Source: Asterias rubens
Taxonomy: Eukaryota
Direction of reading: 5' to 3'
Length of the DNA: 64,000 bases
NCBI RefSeq assembly: GCF_902459465.1
Contig: NC_047066.1
Location: forward strand, 20,088,001 to 20,152,000
In this document: one piece after another, positions 50,512 to 63,291 of the stretch
Numbering within the stretch: the first letter of the stretch is position 1
Layout of the letters: each line of letters opens with the position of its first letter
The notes under the pieces: generated by a model
Told to the model about the DNA's origin: nothing
What the model saw: only the letters and a program-made list of their open reading frames with translations
The model's database searches: none
Translations under genes and position numbers: made by a program

Positions 50512-51118
50512 TTTGGGTGTGTCACTAAGAGGTCACTGCTACATATATAACCATAGAGAACGGACCATAACCATAGCATGCACATGCCTTTCTTGATGAT
50601 GCATGTAAAGTTCTACCAAATGAACTGTACACATATTTGCAAGAAGTACAACTTACTTGATCTCTTACCTTTAAGGCACTGGTGTATTTACCTCTGTTGG
50701 AAAGGAGGTTACAAATTTCACAACGTGTATGATGAGGTTTGGTTCAAAATGGGACGATTCCTAGATTGTACTCATGCATCACGGTTACAGTGTCCCTAGA
50801 CTTTTTAATTCAACGTCGTCGCTGGGCTCTGGAAGAAAAAAAAGACGGAGAGTGAACATGCACTTGGGGCCCTTGGGGTAATTGCGCCTGGTAATGGAAA
50901 TTTTGTGGGAGTAAATGGTTCCTGCTTTTGTAGGGATTTTCAAAGAGTTAGAAATGATTACTGTGACAAAGGGGATCGGGGTGAATGTAATTGGCAATTC
51001 CCTTCTCTCTGGTCCTTTTCTGCTGGAGTAAATTAAATGAGATTTATGGAGCATTCAAGTTTGAACGAACATGTGTGTGATTGTAGTAGACTTTGGGTGG
51101 ATAAGTTGTGCCAGGGTA

Positions 51119-51560
51119 AAAATCAATCGATATGTAGGATCATTTCTGCCCTAATCTTCCAAAATCAACCGATATGAGTTTTGTGTAGGATCCCTACTGC
51201 CTCAATCCTCCAAAATCAACCGATGTGAGTTTATGTAGGATCCCTACTGCTTCAATCCTCCACAATCCACTGATATGAGTTTGTGTAGGATCCCTACTGC
51301 CCCAATCCTCCACAATCCACTGATATGAGTTTGTGTAGGATCCCTACTGCCTCAATCCTCCACAATCAACCGATATGAGTTTATGTAGGATGCCTGCTGC
51401 CTCAATCCTCCACAATCAACCGATATGAGTTTATGTAGGATGCCTGCTGCCTCAATCCGGCAAAATCAACCGATATGAGTTTATGTAGGATCCCTACTGC
51501 CTCAATCCGGCAAAATCAACCGATTTGAGTTTTGTGTAGGATCCCTACTGCCTCAATCCT
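51119..51560. repeat. 50-bp minisatellite, 9 copies, the first degenerate
   Basis: The unit a(a/c)aatcaaccgatatgagtttatgtaggatccctactgcctcaatcctcc starts near 51161, 51212, 51262, 51312, 51362, 51412, 51462 and 51512. Confidence 0.95.
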
Positions 51561-51567
51561 TCAAATT

Positions 51568-51835
51568 CTGGAGTAACGTAGTTTTTTAAAAAGAGGTTAT
51601 TCTTCTCTCTGAAATATTTGAATCTGAGAAAGACTTCAGGCCTGAAGGTTTTCTCAGGCATTTGAATCATAACAAATTCGTGCAATAAGGGTGTTTTTTT
51701 TTCTTTCATTATTTTCTTGCAACTACGATGAAAAATTGAGCCCAATTTCTCAGGTTTGTTATTTTATGCATATGTTGGGATACACCAAGTGAGAATACTG
51801 GTCATTGACAATTACCAAAGGTGTCCACCAGTGCC
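51568..51835 (+). mobile_element. Kolobok-like TTAA MITE, 5' end truncated
   Basis: Family body ending gtgtccaccagtgcc|ttaa. Confidence 0.75.
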
Positions 51836-52725
51836 TTAAACTGGTCCCGCTGGCAAACCTAGGACATATCCCATGGGTTTGTTTAAAATAACGCAACGCA
51901 GACCTGGACTTGAATTCATCTGTCTCAAACTTAACCTAGTTTACTACACGATCGATTTCTGGTCCCTGAACAGACATTTACCACTCAAATACAAGCTACA
52001 CATAAAATGTCCCAATGTGTTGTCCTTTCTCCAGTGCGAGAAATATAATTTCCCAATCAATATCAATAAATAGAAGTCTGCAAGATGTGTTTGCTAGCGA
52101 TGGCCTCTTTTGATATCAACAAAAAAAGTACAAGCATGAGAAAAAATGTGTCAGTCGCACGTAGCGTCAACTCAGTCCCACATCACTGATATCCTGGATC
52201 AGGTATGAAAAAAGCAATTGCCAAACAATCTTGGTATGGGAAGATACGCGGCTGGTTTCCCCCCGTAGCTGGCCTTCTGTATCTGCCGTGGTTCCCAGGG
52301 TGGGCTGGATGCGATGTTTGCCTTGCGTATCGTATCACAACTCAAATAGTAATATCTCCGTGATCCCTCAGTGAATGGCAGGCTGTATCTACACAACGAA
52401 GATCATCAAAGAGAACAAAACAAATGATGATAACAACAAATAAAACCGGATCTCAATTTTTTTAGGTAGGAATTCTCCCTGTGAATTATGCAGTGGTTTT
52501 AAAAATGACCAAGAGTGTCCACTGATCGTCCACTGCATAATTTCACAATGTAATACTCATTATGAAAAGTTGAGTGTGTTAGTCTGTCATGGTTGAGTTT
52601 TTCTCAAATGTTGATACAAAATGATGGAATAATTCCCACATTTGAAACTACTAATGTTCACGCATTGTTTCATTTGTCATGATTTCATTTTGAAAAGATG
52701 TAGTGTAGGTTTGATAATTATAACG

Positions 52726-52870
52726 TGTGTCATGGCAGGGCAGTCTAGTGCATCAGACTTGAGTTCCGATGGCTGAATCATCTTAAGGTGTGTCCAATAT
52801 CTTATTATGACACATTCCCTTTAGCAAGGTGTTTAACCATAATTGCTTCTCTTAACCCAGGTTTATAAAA
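52726..52870 (+). mobile_element. Degenerate tRNA-derived SINE
   Basis: gtgtgtcatggcagggcagtctagtgcatcagacttgagttcc ... tttaaccataattgcttctcttaacccagg. Confidence 0.55.
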
Positions 52871-53113
52871 TGGTATCAACCAGGGCTGATGTAGTATTTT
52901 GTCAGAGTGTGTCTTTTTGAAGGGCAAACTTAACTCCCTACTCTAGCTTTCAATGAACACATCATCCAACCATGATCCAACCAACCTGTGAAAATTTCAT
53001 CCACTTCACGGTTGCCTTTGCAGTTAATGGCACTGCTTAGTGCCTTCTTTGAAGGGTTGTTATATCGGAAATGCAGGCAAGCAATGTGGCTGTAAACATC
53101 TCTGTGGTATTAA

Positions 53114-53499
53114 AGGCAGTGGACACTATTGGTAATTACTCAAAATAATTATTATCATAAAACCTTTCTTGATTACGAGTAATGGGGAGAGGTTGATAGT
53201 ATAAAACATTGTGAGAAACAGCTCCCTCTGAAGTAAAGTAGTTTTCGAGAAAGGAGTAATTCTCCACGAATTTGATTTCAAAACCTCAGATTTAGAATTT
53301 GAGGTCTCGAAATCAAGCATCTGAAAGCGCACAGCTTCGTGTGACAAGGGTGTTTTTTCTTTCATTATTATCTCGCAACTTCGACGACCGGTTGAGCTCA
53401 AATTTTCACAGGTTTAATATTTTATGCATATTTTGAGATACACCAAGTGAGAAGACAGATCTTTGACAATTACCAAAATAAACTAAGTGTCCATTGGTG
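53114..53499 (+). mobile_element. Near full-length Kolobok-like TTAA MITE
   Basis: ttaa|aggcagtggacactattggtaattactcaaaa ... gtgtccattggtg|ttaa. Confidence 0.85.
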
Positions 53500-56400
53500 T
53501 TAAGTTTATTTCTTTGGAAGACCTTAGAGTTATTTCAGTTGTGGCGATCAAAATAAGAAACAGAGATAATTCTTCTGAAAATATGTACTGAACTGTTAGG
53601 AGGAGGATCTGTTTTGAAACCCTTCAGAATATATGCGTTAGGTATTTAAAAATTAGGCCTACACTCGAAGGACTTGTTTGACTTTGAGGCTTCCGGCCAT
53701 TATTGATAAAACTACTGGACCCTGGCCAGTGGTCCAGTAGGTATGTCAAGCCCAGTGGTCAATGGGGTAATTTAAGCCCTTCTGCACAGGGAAAACGCTT
53801 CAATGAGAAAAAAACGGTTATCTTTTATTAGAAGTATCAACGTTCACTAGTGACTGCTCAGTGGGGTTCCCCTTTAACTAGCCACGGTATCCCAGTAACC
53901 AGGGACAAACAAATCCTGCATTTCTACTTTTCAAACTGTGCTGGGTGGAAAAAAAAAACCTCCAGAAAAACCCAGGAATCTGCAGGCTTGTTTACTTGCA
54001 GATGCTAACATGTGTCCCGGATACAGTGTGTATTTTCAGGTGCATGAAGGGGTTGTCTGACGTACTGTACTTTTGTCTGTTGTGAAGGTACCATCCCTCG
54101 TATACGTTACATCACTTTGCGGTACAACGTGCAAAGGTTGCACTTTTGACTGTAGCGTTTTTTCTTCCTTTTCTTTGTGGGAAAATGTTGAAGCAGGGTT
54201 TGGAGTTTGTTTGTCTATGGAATCGGTTGTTGACTTGGTGGTTTTTGAGAGTTGGAAGGGTGGGAATACATTGCTTTGTGAGTGGTGTCGTTAACGTTCG
54301 CTGTAGTAACAAGAAATGTGTAATGATATGACCTTTTTGACATTTAGGTATATTTAAGAATTATAATATTTGAGTTTCCTTGAGTTTATGTTATTTGAGT
54401 TTCTCTGAGTGCAAAGTACCAAGAGACCACGCAATAACATTTCCCTGTTTACCTCAACAAATCCTTATTTGAATTCTTGGGACTGTAGTTGGGGAATGTG
54501 AAGGGGGTTTTCTTCTTCGTTACTTGTGGTAATTAATTAATGAACCCCCAAAAAGATGTTGAAGTAATCTCAGTCTTTGAGAAAAACTACGTAATCACGT
54601 GTGGACTGAAAACCCAATCCACATACAAACAGGCTCTGGTCAGAAGTGGGTCCACAGCTAGAGGTATAGTAAAGGGCGGGGAAAGAAACCGCTCCGCCAA
54701 CACGAGTCCAATTTGACACCCTTTAAATCACGTTAATCTATGAGCTGTAAGCGCAGATTTCCACAGTGAACAGAGTCATGAAATTTTGCACTGTTCCACC
54801 TAGAGATAATCATAAACTATGATAAAAAAATATAAAAAAACAGATTATATATTGAACCCAACCTCATTTTCAGCATTTCAAAGGGAACAGTTCTGTTTCA
54901 TCATTTATGGTTCTCATGCTTGAAATTTCAAGCGATCAGCTGATTTCCCCATTTTTGATTTCTCATCTGTGTCATTGATCTTGTGAAACAAAGCTCAATG
55001 TCTGGTTCTTCCTTCTAGACAAACTGGAGTTGTAAGTCTGTGATACCCTTCCCAGCTATCCCACTTATCTACCAAACCTGAATAGTAAGCAGCACCTCTT
55101 TAAAACTGGTCTCTGGGCTATTTGGCTGGTAGCAATTGACCCCTTTAAGGGGCATACCCGTATGCACAAATATAGGTTAACATTGCACGATAGGCCGTGA
55201 GTTTGCCAATTGTACATCAAAATCATAAGACACCTGTGCCCAACAATCACACTTGAACATGATATGATTGAGATACTGTTACATGAAGTCGCCTTAAATA
55301 TGAATGATTCAAAAGTAAGGCTTCAATTTCAATCAGGACTGGAATGTTTTTTTTTCAGAGGGCAAGGTCTTTTCTTTTTTTAAAAATACTACGCTGGTTG
55401 CATGGACAATTTTACACTTTGTGTTACAATTTCCACATAAAGTCAAGAATTACAAAAGCTAAAACGATTTTTTCACTTCAGAAATTGATAACATTCAGCG
55501 TAATCTCCATAAAATATAAAATTTAATGTGTCTTCAATTTATCTGTGTACAAATCGTGCCTGGAGGAAGTCCAGGCTCTGTGGCTCATTTGTAAACGTCA
55601 CTGTGATGCAGTGTAACAAAACCCAAAAGAAACCTCCTGCTGTAGCCCATCATCGGAACCCCTAATGACCCCTCTCCTGTTATGCAGTCGTCCCTCACCC
55701 TCACCCCTTCCTGTTACCTCGAAACACACACCCCCTTCACTCATATTTTCAGCCCTCCTTGTCAGTTGGGATTTCCCCTCCTATGACCCACCTGCTACTG
55801 GACCCTAATACCAGGCCTTGAAATAACCAACCGCACCCACAGTGATTGCCGTGGTGCCTCATGGTTTTGCTGTGGTGCCCTTTGCAAAAATACAAATTTA
55901 AGAAGTGCCATAACAGAAGTGCCCCTTACTAGAGGGAAATTGCTGTGCCCAAATCACTGTACAAATGCTTCACCTCACCGCTTCACCTGAATCATTGATT
56001 TCTAAAAGTTTGAAGCTTACTGAGTATAGAGCTTTATCATGCTGTCACCATCTTGGTCATGTTCTCTGTTTCCAATACCAGTAATGAATGCTAACATTAA
56101 TTGCGCAAACATGGCACCAGACTATTGTTTCGTCCAGTCTCAGTTTGGTTGCAATGAGTTGGAATGGAGTAAAATCAAGATGGCCACACCCTTGAGTTAC
56201 ATGTAGTGCCAGGTTAGAGGCAATGACCCCTGTTGCCATCTGTCTTGGCCTCTGTCTTGGCCTCTGTTGCCCCTGTCTTGACCTAGGTGCCCCATCCCCC
56301 CTCACATAACTTTCCCATAATGTTTAAGATTAATTGGAATTGTCATTTGCTAAACAAAAAAGTCCGTGCCTCTCAAGCGTCAGGCTTGTTATTGTCCTAC

Positions 56401-56888
56401 CATTTTAAAGCAAAAAGTGCAGGAAAATGCCATCATTCACAATTATCTTCTCTATGTTTTCTCTTTAATTTTATCCACTCACCCACCCCAATCTTCAATT
56501 TGAAAATGTTGGTTTTTTTTTTTCTTTTTTCTTCGAATCACCACTCATATTTGGGGGAACAAAAAAAATGAAATATTGATAATTCTGAATGACTCCTTAA
56601 ATCTATCTAATAGTGTCTTTCACTTGAACTCCTTTCTAACCCTTATGTACTTCTTTGACTGCTATTACATTGTCCAGTACATTGGTGTAGCCTCAGGGCA
56701 TGGAATTGGGACATTAACTGGAGGGTCATGCTACCTTCAATTTACTCTGACTCACAGAACAGAAACATGCACTGTCTAGAAATAAATAGGTACAGGTCTC
56801 AATCATAGAAGTAGAACCCGGAGATCGCTGAGTGAGTCATTAACCGTGCGACTTAGATGTGAGACCATTTTATAAAAGCGCGCCTGGC

Positions 56889-56974
56889 CGTGTTTTTACG
56901 CGATTATTACATAATACTCTGTATTACATTACGTGTTTTTACGCGATTATTACATAATACTCTGTATTACATTA
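56889..56974. repeat. Perfect 43-bp tandem duplication
   Basis: cgtgtttttacgcgattattacataatactctgtattacatta, twice. Confidence 0.95.
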
Positions 56975-57119
56975 TGTGTAGTGCCAAGGATTAATTTCGG
57001 TGACTTATGACTTGTTTCAGAATTTTGAAAACCTACTTGACTTGTTAATTTATACAAACAAGTTAAAAACTGTCCATGTACTCCCAAACATTGTTACACT
57101 AGTGACTGCTTGGGCTAAA

Positions 57120-57309
57120 AGGCACTGGTTTGGTAATAACTCAAAATAGGCTTATCACTGACATAAATTATTGTGAGAAACGACTCCCTCTGAAGTATCG
57201 TATAGTTTTTGAGAAAGGTAATTTCTCACTCAAATTATTATTTGAGTTTTGAGAAAGATGGCAAGTGAGAACACTGGTCTTTGACAACTACCAAATGTGT
57301 CCTTTGCCT
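57120..57309 (+). mobile_element. Internally deleted Kolobok-like MITE
   Basis: aggcactgg..tggtaataactcaaaa ... ctttgacaactaccaaatgtgtcctttgcct|ttaa. Confidence 0.7.
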
Positions 57310-58770
57310 TTAAGGATTTGGAAATATGAAAAACCAATGTTGACCCATTCCTTTAAAATACCTTTAATCCATACCCAGACATGTTCTATGCCTTGTCTGA
57401 TTAAGGTCTGGTGTGAAGCAGTCAGGGAATTCATTGACACACGAGGTGTAAAAAGTGAATGTGCCTAATGAGCTCTGCTACACAACCCATAACATAGAAA
57501 CTACCTGTGAACAATACTCCCCTTCAGAAAAAAATCCCCTTTGCTTATATACCTGGATATATTGGGGCAGCAACCAAGCTCAACAAAGGTATTTTGTGGG
57601 CTGTTCGGGTATTAAAAAAAGCTACTGGTTGTGGAGGAGAGAGGGCAGAAATACCTGGGTTTTAGCTTTGGACCCCTGAATAGGGAAATATAGTTTACCT
57701 CTGGCTTGTAAACAGTGCAATTGATTGGGCCTGTCACTCAGGGTACCTGACAGCTGTGGAGTGTTTTCACAATGCCATGGGCTGAATGGTGCGATTACTG
57801 ACTGGTGTGTTGATTGCAAGGCTTGCTCAGCAGGTACCAATGGTGTCCTGCCTGGCTCCCTGCCCTGCTAGCCCCTGAGCCTACTGCCATCATGTGCTCC
57901 ATGCATCATGCTAACCACTAACTGCTTGGGTATACATGATATACACGCTAGACCGTGGCCGTCAGAAAGTCAAGGGAGTCCCCATCGGTTTTCCCTCCCC
58001 CAAATCTATTAAGTAACCAAGCGATCTTGTCAGTTACACAGCACTTCACTTATTGATTCTATAGATCACTCTGGACATATACCCCCCCCCCCATGATTTA
58101 TCACCGCTAATACAACTACTCCTTATTTGCAATTGAGTCGAACTCTCTTTAAAAAAAACCTAGAAAAAAAAGTGAAATGGCCCCAGACAATTGTTATTCC
58201 TGTGAATGGTCTCCAATCGGCCTGATTATGTGTTTGCACTGTCTTGTCTGGTTACATATGTAGGCAGTGACTGAGGTGACATGGTATTGTTGCTGTAAAA
58301 TTGATTTGGATTGGGAGTGGATTGATCGCACCAATATTGACACTAATGGTGGTCTTTCCCTTTATTGCTTTATATTCAGTCAGCCTGACTTCCGATTAGA
58401 TTCAAGTAGCCAATAATTCTTCCATTTTAAACTACTGTGCTGTGTAATTTAACTTTGTGCGACCATCTTTTTTGGGTTCCCTGCTCACACAGTGAAAATA
58501 TATCATTCCATATATTAAAGGGACCAGCCTATATTTTCCTTCCAGCCTCAGTTTTGTATGGAGATGATTGGCTCATGGGTGCGTTTTAACGCACAAAGAA
58601 CAGCTATCATCCAATCATTGGCCTTCTTTGACCCCCCTCCTTAACAGACCCCCCTCCTTAACAGAACCATCAAAAGCTAAAATATGGCCACTGAACATGT
58701 CTGGAAGTATCGCCGAGAGAAAAGTCACACAGTTTTAGCCGTTTATTTCGTTAAAAAGGTATTTAACAAT

Positions 58771-58934
58771 GGGAATAACAGTGTTCGGACCCGGTCTTCA
58801 TCGCGTGGTAATGACCTTGTTTGGTGGCCCGCGCTGTTAACGGACCTCACCTCCGGCTCGGTCCATTAACAGCACCAGCCACCAACCCGGTCATTACCAC
58901 GCGGTGAAGACCGGGTCCGAACACTGTTATTCCC
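58771..58934. mobile_element. 164-bp fold-back (hairpin) MITE
   Basis: gggaataacagtgttcggacccggtcttca.cgcgtggtaatgacc ... ggtcattaccacgcg.tgaagaccgggtccgaacactgttattccc. Confidence 0.85.
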
Positions 58935-59401
58935 TAATTAGAACTTATAGTTTGTTTACCTTAAAAATCTCCAGAGAATAAATATGTCTGAGAGTTAAAT
59001 TCCCGGACGGTAAAAAATATAGGTCAGGTTCGATATGTCCTTGGCAGCTACAGTAGGTTCATGTTTACAAAACAGAATCAATGCAGAAACCATATCTCCT
59101 TTAAATACATTAGCGGGTATCTGGGTGATCATAACAAAAGTATCTTGACTTGTAACAAGGAAAGGGAAAACAAAATTAAAATCTTATCAATACCTTGATT
59201 TCATATGTTATACTTATAGAGCACCCATCAGAAGAATCTCTTTTCTCTTAGCCTTAAACATAATTTACAATCATTTTTGTTTGACCATGATCTAATTGCT
59301 ACCAGACTCTCAGAGTAATCAATTCCTCAGCCATATAGGGAAAGGGAATGATGATGGTTATGTTAGACAGTAAGGAACACTGTACATGTACAGTCAGACT
59401 C

Positions 59402-59653
59402 AGATTGTCTCAGTGGTTTAAGTCCCTGCCTTTCAACTCTGTGGACTCCGGTTCGATACCCCGACCAGACCCTTGCGTGTGGATTGGGTTTTGGTCCGTA
59501 CCCGACTGTTTTTCCCCCAGGCTTCAGAATAACCCACGGCACCCACAGTGATTGCTGTTTGCACTGTGCTTTGCTGTGGTGCTCTTTGGAAAGTTCCATC
59601 ATAGAAGTGCCCCTTACCAAAAGGGAAAATTGCTGTCACCTGTTTAAGGCCTG
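59402..59653 (+). mobile_element. tRNA-like SINE head (59402-59517) followed by a CAGG-ended MITE (59518-59653)
   Basis: ttgtctcagtggtttaag...ccggttcgatacc (A and B boxes), then caggcttcagaataacc ... aaggcctg. Confidence 0.6.
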
Positions 59654-61445
59654 TTCCTCCTATGCCTAAAACTCAAATTTCTTCAGTGTCGTTCAGAAGT
59701 TGTTGTGATTTTTCCATTTGGATGCCGTGCAGACTATTTATATTCAAATTCAAATACTGCAGTACATCTCCATCAATGGGAACCTTGGAATATTTTTAGT
59801 ATTTAAATGTCATCGGTTTGTTGTGCACATCCCATGCACAATTCAGGATGCAATAGAATGTTGATTTGATTTATGCTGGATGGGAATCGTTGTTGAATTT
59901 CCTCAAATCAGATTGCACACATGGGCTAACATGTGCAGAGTTTGTACAGGTGGTTGTATGTCAGCACTGACGACGTTGTATTACAGTACACATGGCAAGG
60001 GAAAAGCAATGTCTACTTCTCATGGCTCAAGGCGAAGGTACAGATGTGGCAAACAGGTAAAATCAATCGTCTCCGTGCAGCAGATTTACCAATTACGAAT
60101 CTACGACATCCGTGGTACGCACACACACTGACTGAGAAGTGGAACTCGTGTACAGCAGAAACGTATGTCCGTGTACAGATGCACGGGAGATGAACATAAT
60201 GTTGTGGGAAATTGTTATTGACATCTTCGTCAGTGTGTTTCCTCGGAGCATGGGTTTGTCACAAATGTTGCCTTTAAGGGAAGTAAGAAGACATTATACA
60301 TGTGTAGGCAATTATCAGAAAGAGACTGGCGTACTTGAGGAAAAGTTAAAGTCTGATTATTCGGGGGAAAAGTTGTTTTCATCTTTGCGAAAAGAAATTT
60401 TCTTGGTCCTGAATGTGTTGTCTTGTGGTGCAACATCTGTTTTTTCAGAACCTTTCTGTTAATTAAACATTCCTCGCCAGATTTTGCCAAGTTTCGGCAA
60501 AAATACTTTATGAGTTCTCAAATAATAAAGTATCTTCCCTTTAAAGGGAAATTGAAAACTAAAAAATACCTTCAAAAGGTAGGATAGGTGCTATCTGAAT
60601 AGACTGAAAATGGCCCCAGTCTGCATTGCCAGACTAATTTTTTGGTCGTCAAATGAGCCACAAATTTCCAACAATATCTACTCCCCTAATTGTTAGTTGC
60701 GTAGCATGTGAACAAACAAATATCCCGTAATCGCAGCGGAGAGATATCCCCTGCGTTTTTCTTCACACTTTTCCGCTCGTTATTGTTTAGTTTGACCCTA
60801 TCTTCGGGGCTATCGGCCAAACCAAATGGAGTCTGTCAATAGTTCCCACCTACTGTGGTCCTAATCTTCAAATTATCAAGATGCAAATTTTGATTATCGC
60901 GTAGGGGGAAAACATTTGCTTGCACAGTACGATTTCTTTTGTTGATTCGTGATACACAATAGAATGGGGATACTGTATGCACCAAAATTAAAGTTACAAA
61001 GAGGAACAGGTCTGTGGTGAAAACTTTGGTTATAATCAGGCGTGGAATTACATGGGGACCACGGCCCTCTGTCGTCCCTGCTCTTGGCCTTGGTGCCCCT
61101 TTGCTATAGACTTTTAGGAAAATGTTTGATTGCACAGTACGATTTTTGTTGTTGTTGCGACACAAAAAACAAAATTGAAGTTACAACGAGGAACAGGTCT
61201 GCGGTGATTACTTTGGTTACATACGCCATCGCCCTCTGTCGTCCCTGGTCTTGGCCTTGGTGCCACTTCGCTATAGACTTTTAAGAAAACAATTGCTTGC
61301 ACACTTCGGGTATAAAACAAAATTGAGGAACGATTCAGTGTTGAATAATTTGGTTATAATCATGCATGGAGATACACGGAGATCACGTAGGCCATGAATG
61401 GTCTCTGTTGCTCCTGGCCCCTTCAAACATTCCTCGTAGACTTAA

Positions 61446-61570
61446 AGGCACTGGACACTATTGGTAATTACTCAAAATAATTGTCGGCACAAAACATTTC
61501 TGCGCAACAAGCGATGGAGAGCTGTTGATAGTATAAAACATTTCGAGAAACGGCTCTCTCTGAAATAAAC
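61446..61570 (+). mobile_element. 5' fragment of a Kolobok-like TTAA MITE
   Basis: ttaa|aggcactggacactattggtaattactcaaaataatt. Confidence 0.75.
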
Positions 61571-62790
61571 CTGCATGGGAATCATTACTACATAACTTGA
61601 GACAAAACAGCTTATAAACTACCGTACTTCTGTGGCTGTGTTTAGTGAGAACGAAAAAAACAAACTCTGGTTTTAATTTTCCTGAATATAAAAGTGTGTT
61701 CATCTGTCACTTTTTTGATACTGTGTTTCAACCTAGCCAGCTGCTTATTAATAAGTTTCCATTCACTCAAGTGAATAGCAAACGTAAACCGAGTTTTCCT
61801 GAGTACTTCAAATGTCATGCTTGTTTCTTTTTGTGTGTCAACTTCCGCAAAAATAACAACTTCATTACTTTGCTACTTTCAATGACTATTTTGGATAGTA
61901 CTGCTCAAACACTTAAGCAGAATTTTAGAACTTTGATATAAATATAGGGTATTAGAGTCACTTGCAACTGGAACGGTGACTTCATTGCAGTGAGCAAACA
62001 GGCCACGGTAGAATCAATACACTTGGTTGCAATAGCTCAATTTTTCAAGTGGAGATCCAAAGTCCTAATCCAGTTGGCATTCACTGCGAGGAGATATTTT
62101 AACTCTTCAGAGACTAGTGGCCACAAGCGGCTTGTACCAAAATGCCCATAGCGGCCCCAAACGGCGGTAAGATTTGACCTACTTCCACTCACCCAAAGTC
62201 AAAGGTCAAAGTAAAGGTCAAGTCCTGAAGTGACAATTTTAAACGATTCCCTTGTTAACACTAGGTCTATCTGTATAATCTAAAAGAAATTCAAAATTCT
62301 GTTTTTTCCCCCAGACATTTTGACCCAAAAGAATTTGTGTGCTGTCTGCCTCTCTCTCTCTCGTTCTCTCTCTTTGCAACTTGACTGTTTCTGTTACACT
62401 AGTATACCTCTTTATGTTTGTTAAGTTATCTTTTAGCCTAAAAAAAAACACAGCTGAGGTCAAAATGTCGTAGCATTAACTATTCTTTGCATTCGTGCCA
62501 TAGGTCCTTTTGGTTTGTATTCGCAGTTGGCAACATCTAACTCTATTTTCTCATTGCCAAAAAATCTGATTAGCCATGTCTGGGTGAATTGTGGTGATAG
62601 TATAAAGAAATGAATTGTTTTTAATATGTTAATGAGTTTGCTAGGTTTGATTGGTACACAAAAACGTCCTATCCCTGCCCCATCATAGACCAATACATGG
62701 CTGAAGATCATCGAACAGGAATGAGGTCGAAAAGCTCAGAAATCGATTGACTACCGACGTCTTACAAAAACTATTTGGCAATATGTAACT

Positions 62791-63131
62791 TTATATAACA
62801 CCCAAGCAGATCCTTGCCATTTGATTGGAGGATTGTCCGTCACGTGATAGCAAATAAAAGTACCATTGCACGCTGAGTCACTCACCGTGCTTTTTCGTTC
62901 CATCCGAAAAGTACCATTGCACGCTGGCAGCGTGCAATGGTACTTTTCGGATGGAACGAAAAAGCTGAGTAAAAACATCACTGCGTGCGCGTGTCTTTGG
63001 TAACGCAGCAGGTGTTACTGCAAGAAGGCATAGTAAAATTACTAGCATTCGGCTTCTACAGTTGAAATTGTTTGTTTTGAAAGTTGTATCTTTCAATCAA
63101 AATGACAAAGATCTACTTGGATGTTATATAA
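62791..63131. mobile_element. Palindromic element with ttatataa termini and a perfect central hairpin
   Basis: The left end ttatataacacccaagcagatccttgccatttgattg matches the reverse complement of caatcaaaatgacaaagatctacttggatgttatataa (63094-63131). The centre 62889-62965 is a perfect inverted repeat. Confidence 0.75.
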
Positions 63132-63137
63132 AACAAA

Positions 63138-63291
63138 TAATGAATGTTTTTCATTCGTGCAATGGTGCGAATATGTTCATTCGTTGAAAGCTGGAATGTT
63201 CCATTCAACTCGGCTCCGCCTCGTTGAATAGAACATTCCATCTTTCAACTCATGAACATATTCGCACCATTGCACTCATAAACATTCATTA
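63138..63291. mobile_element. Second fold-back element abutting the first
   Basis: taatgaatgttt..gtgcaatggtgcgaatatgttcat..gttgaaag.tggaatgttc.attcaac / gttgaat.gaacattcca.ctttcaac..atgaacatattcgcaccattgcac..aaacattcatta. Confidence 0.8.

Noticed and set aside
53126-53401. Short ORFs in MITE copies (also 51545-51745, 61458-61703, 46046-46273)
   Set aside because: They are chance frames in a non-coding repeat family, with no transposase motifs.
59933-60193. YVSTDDVVLQYTWQG as a Cys-loop receptor or glycosyltransferase exon
   Set aside because: The resemblance is limited to a few residues, and there are no supporting splice phases or neighbouring exons.
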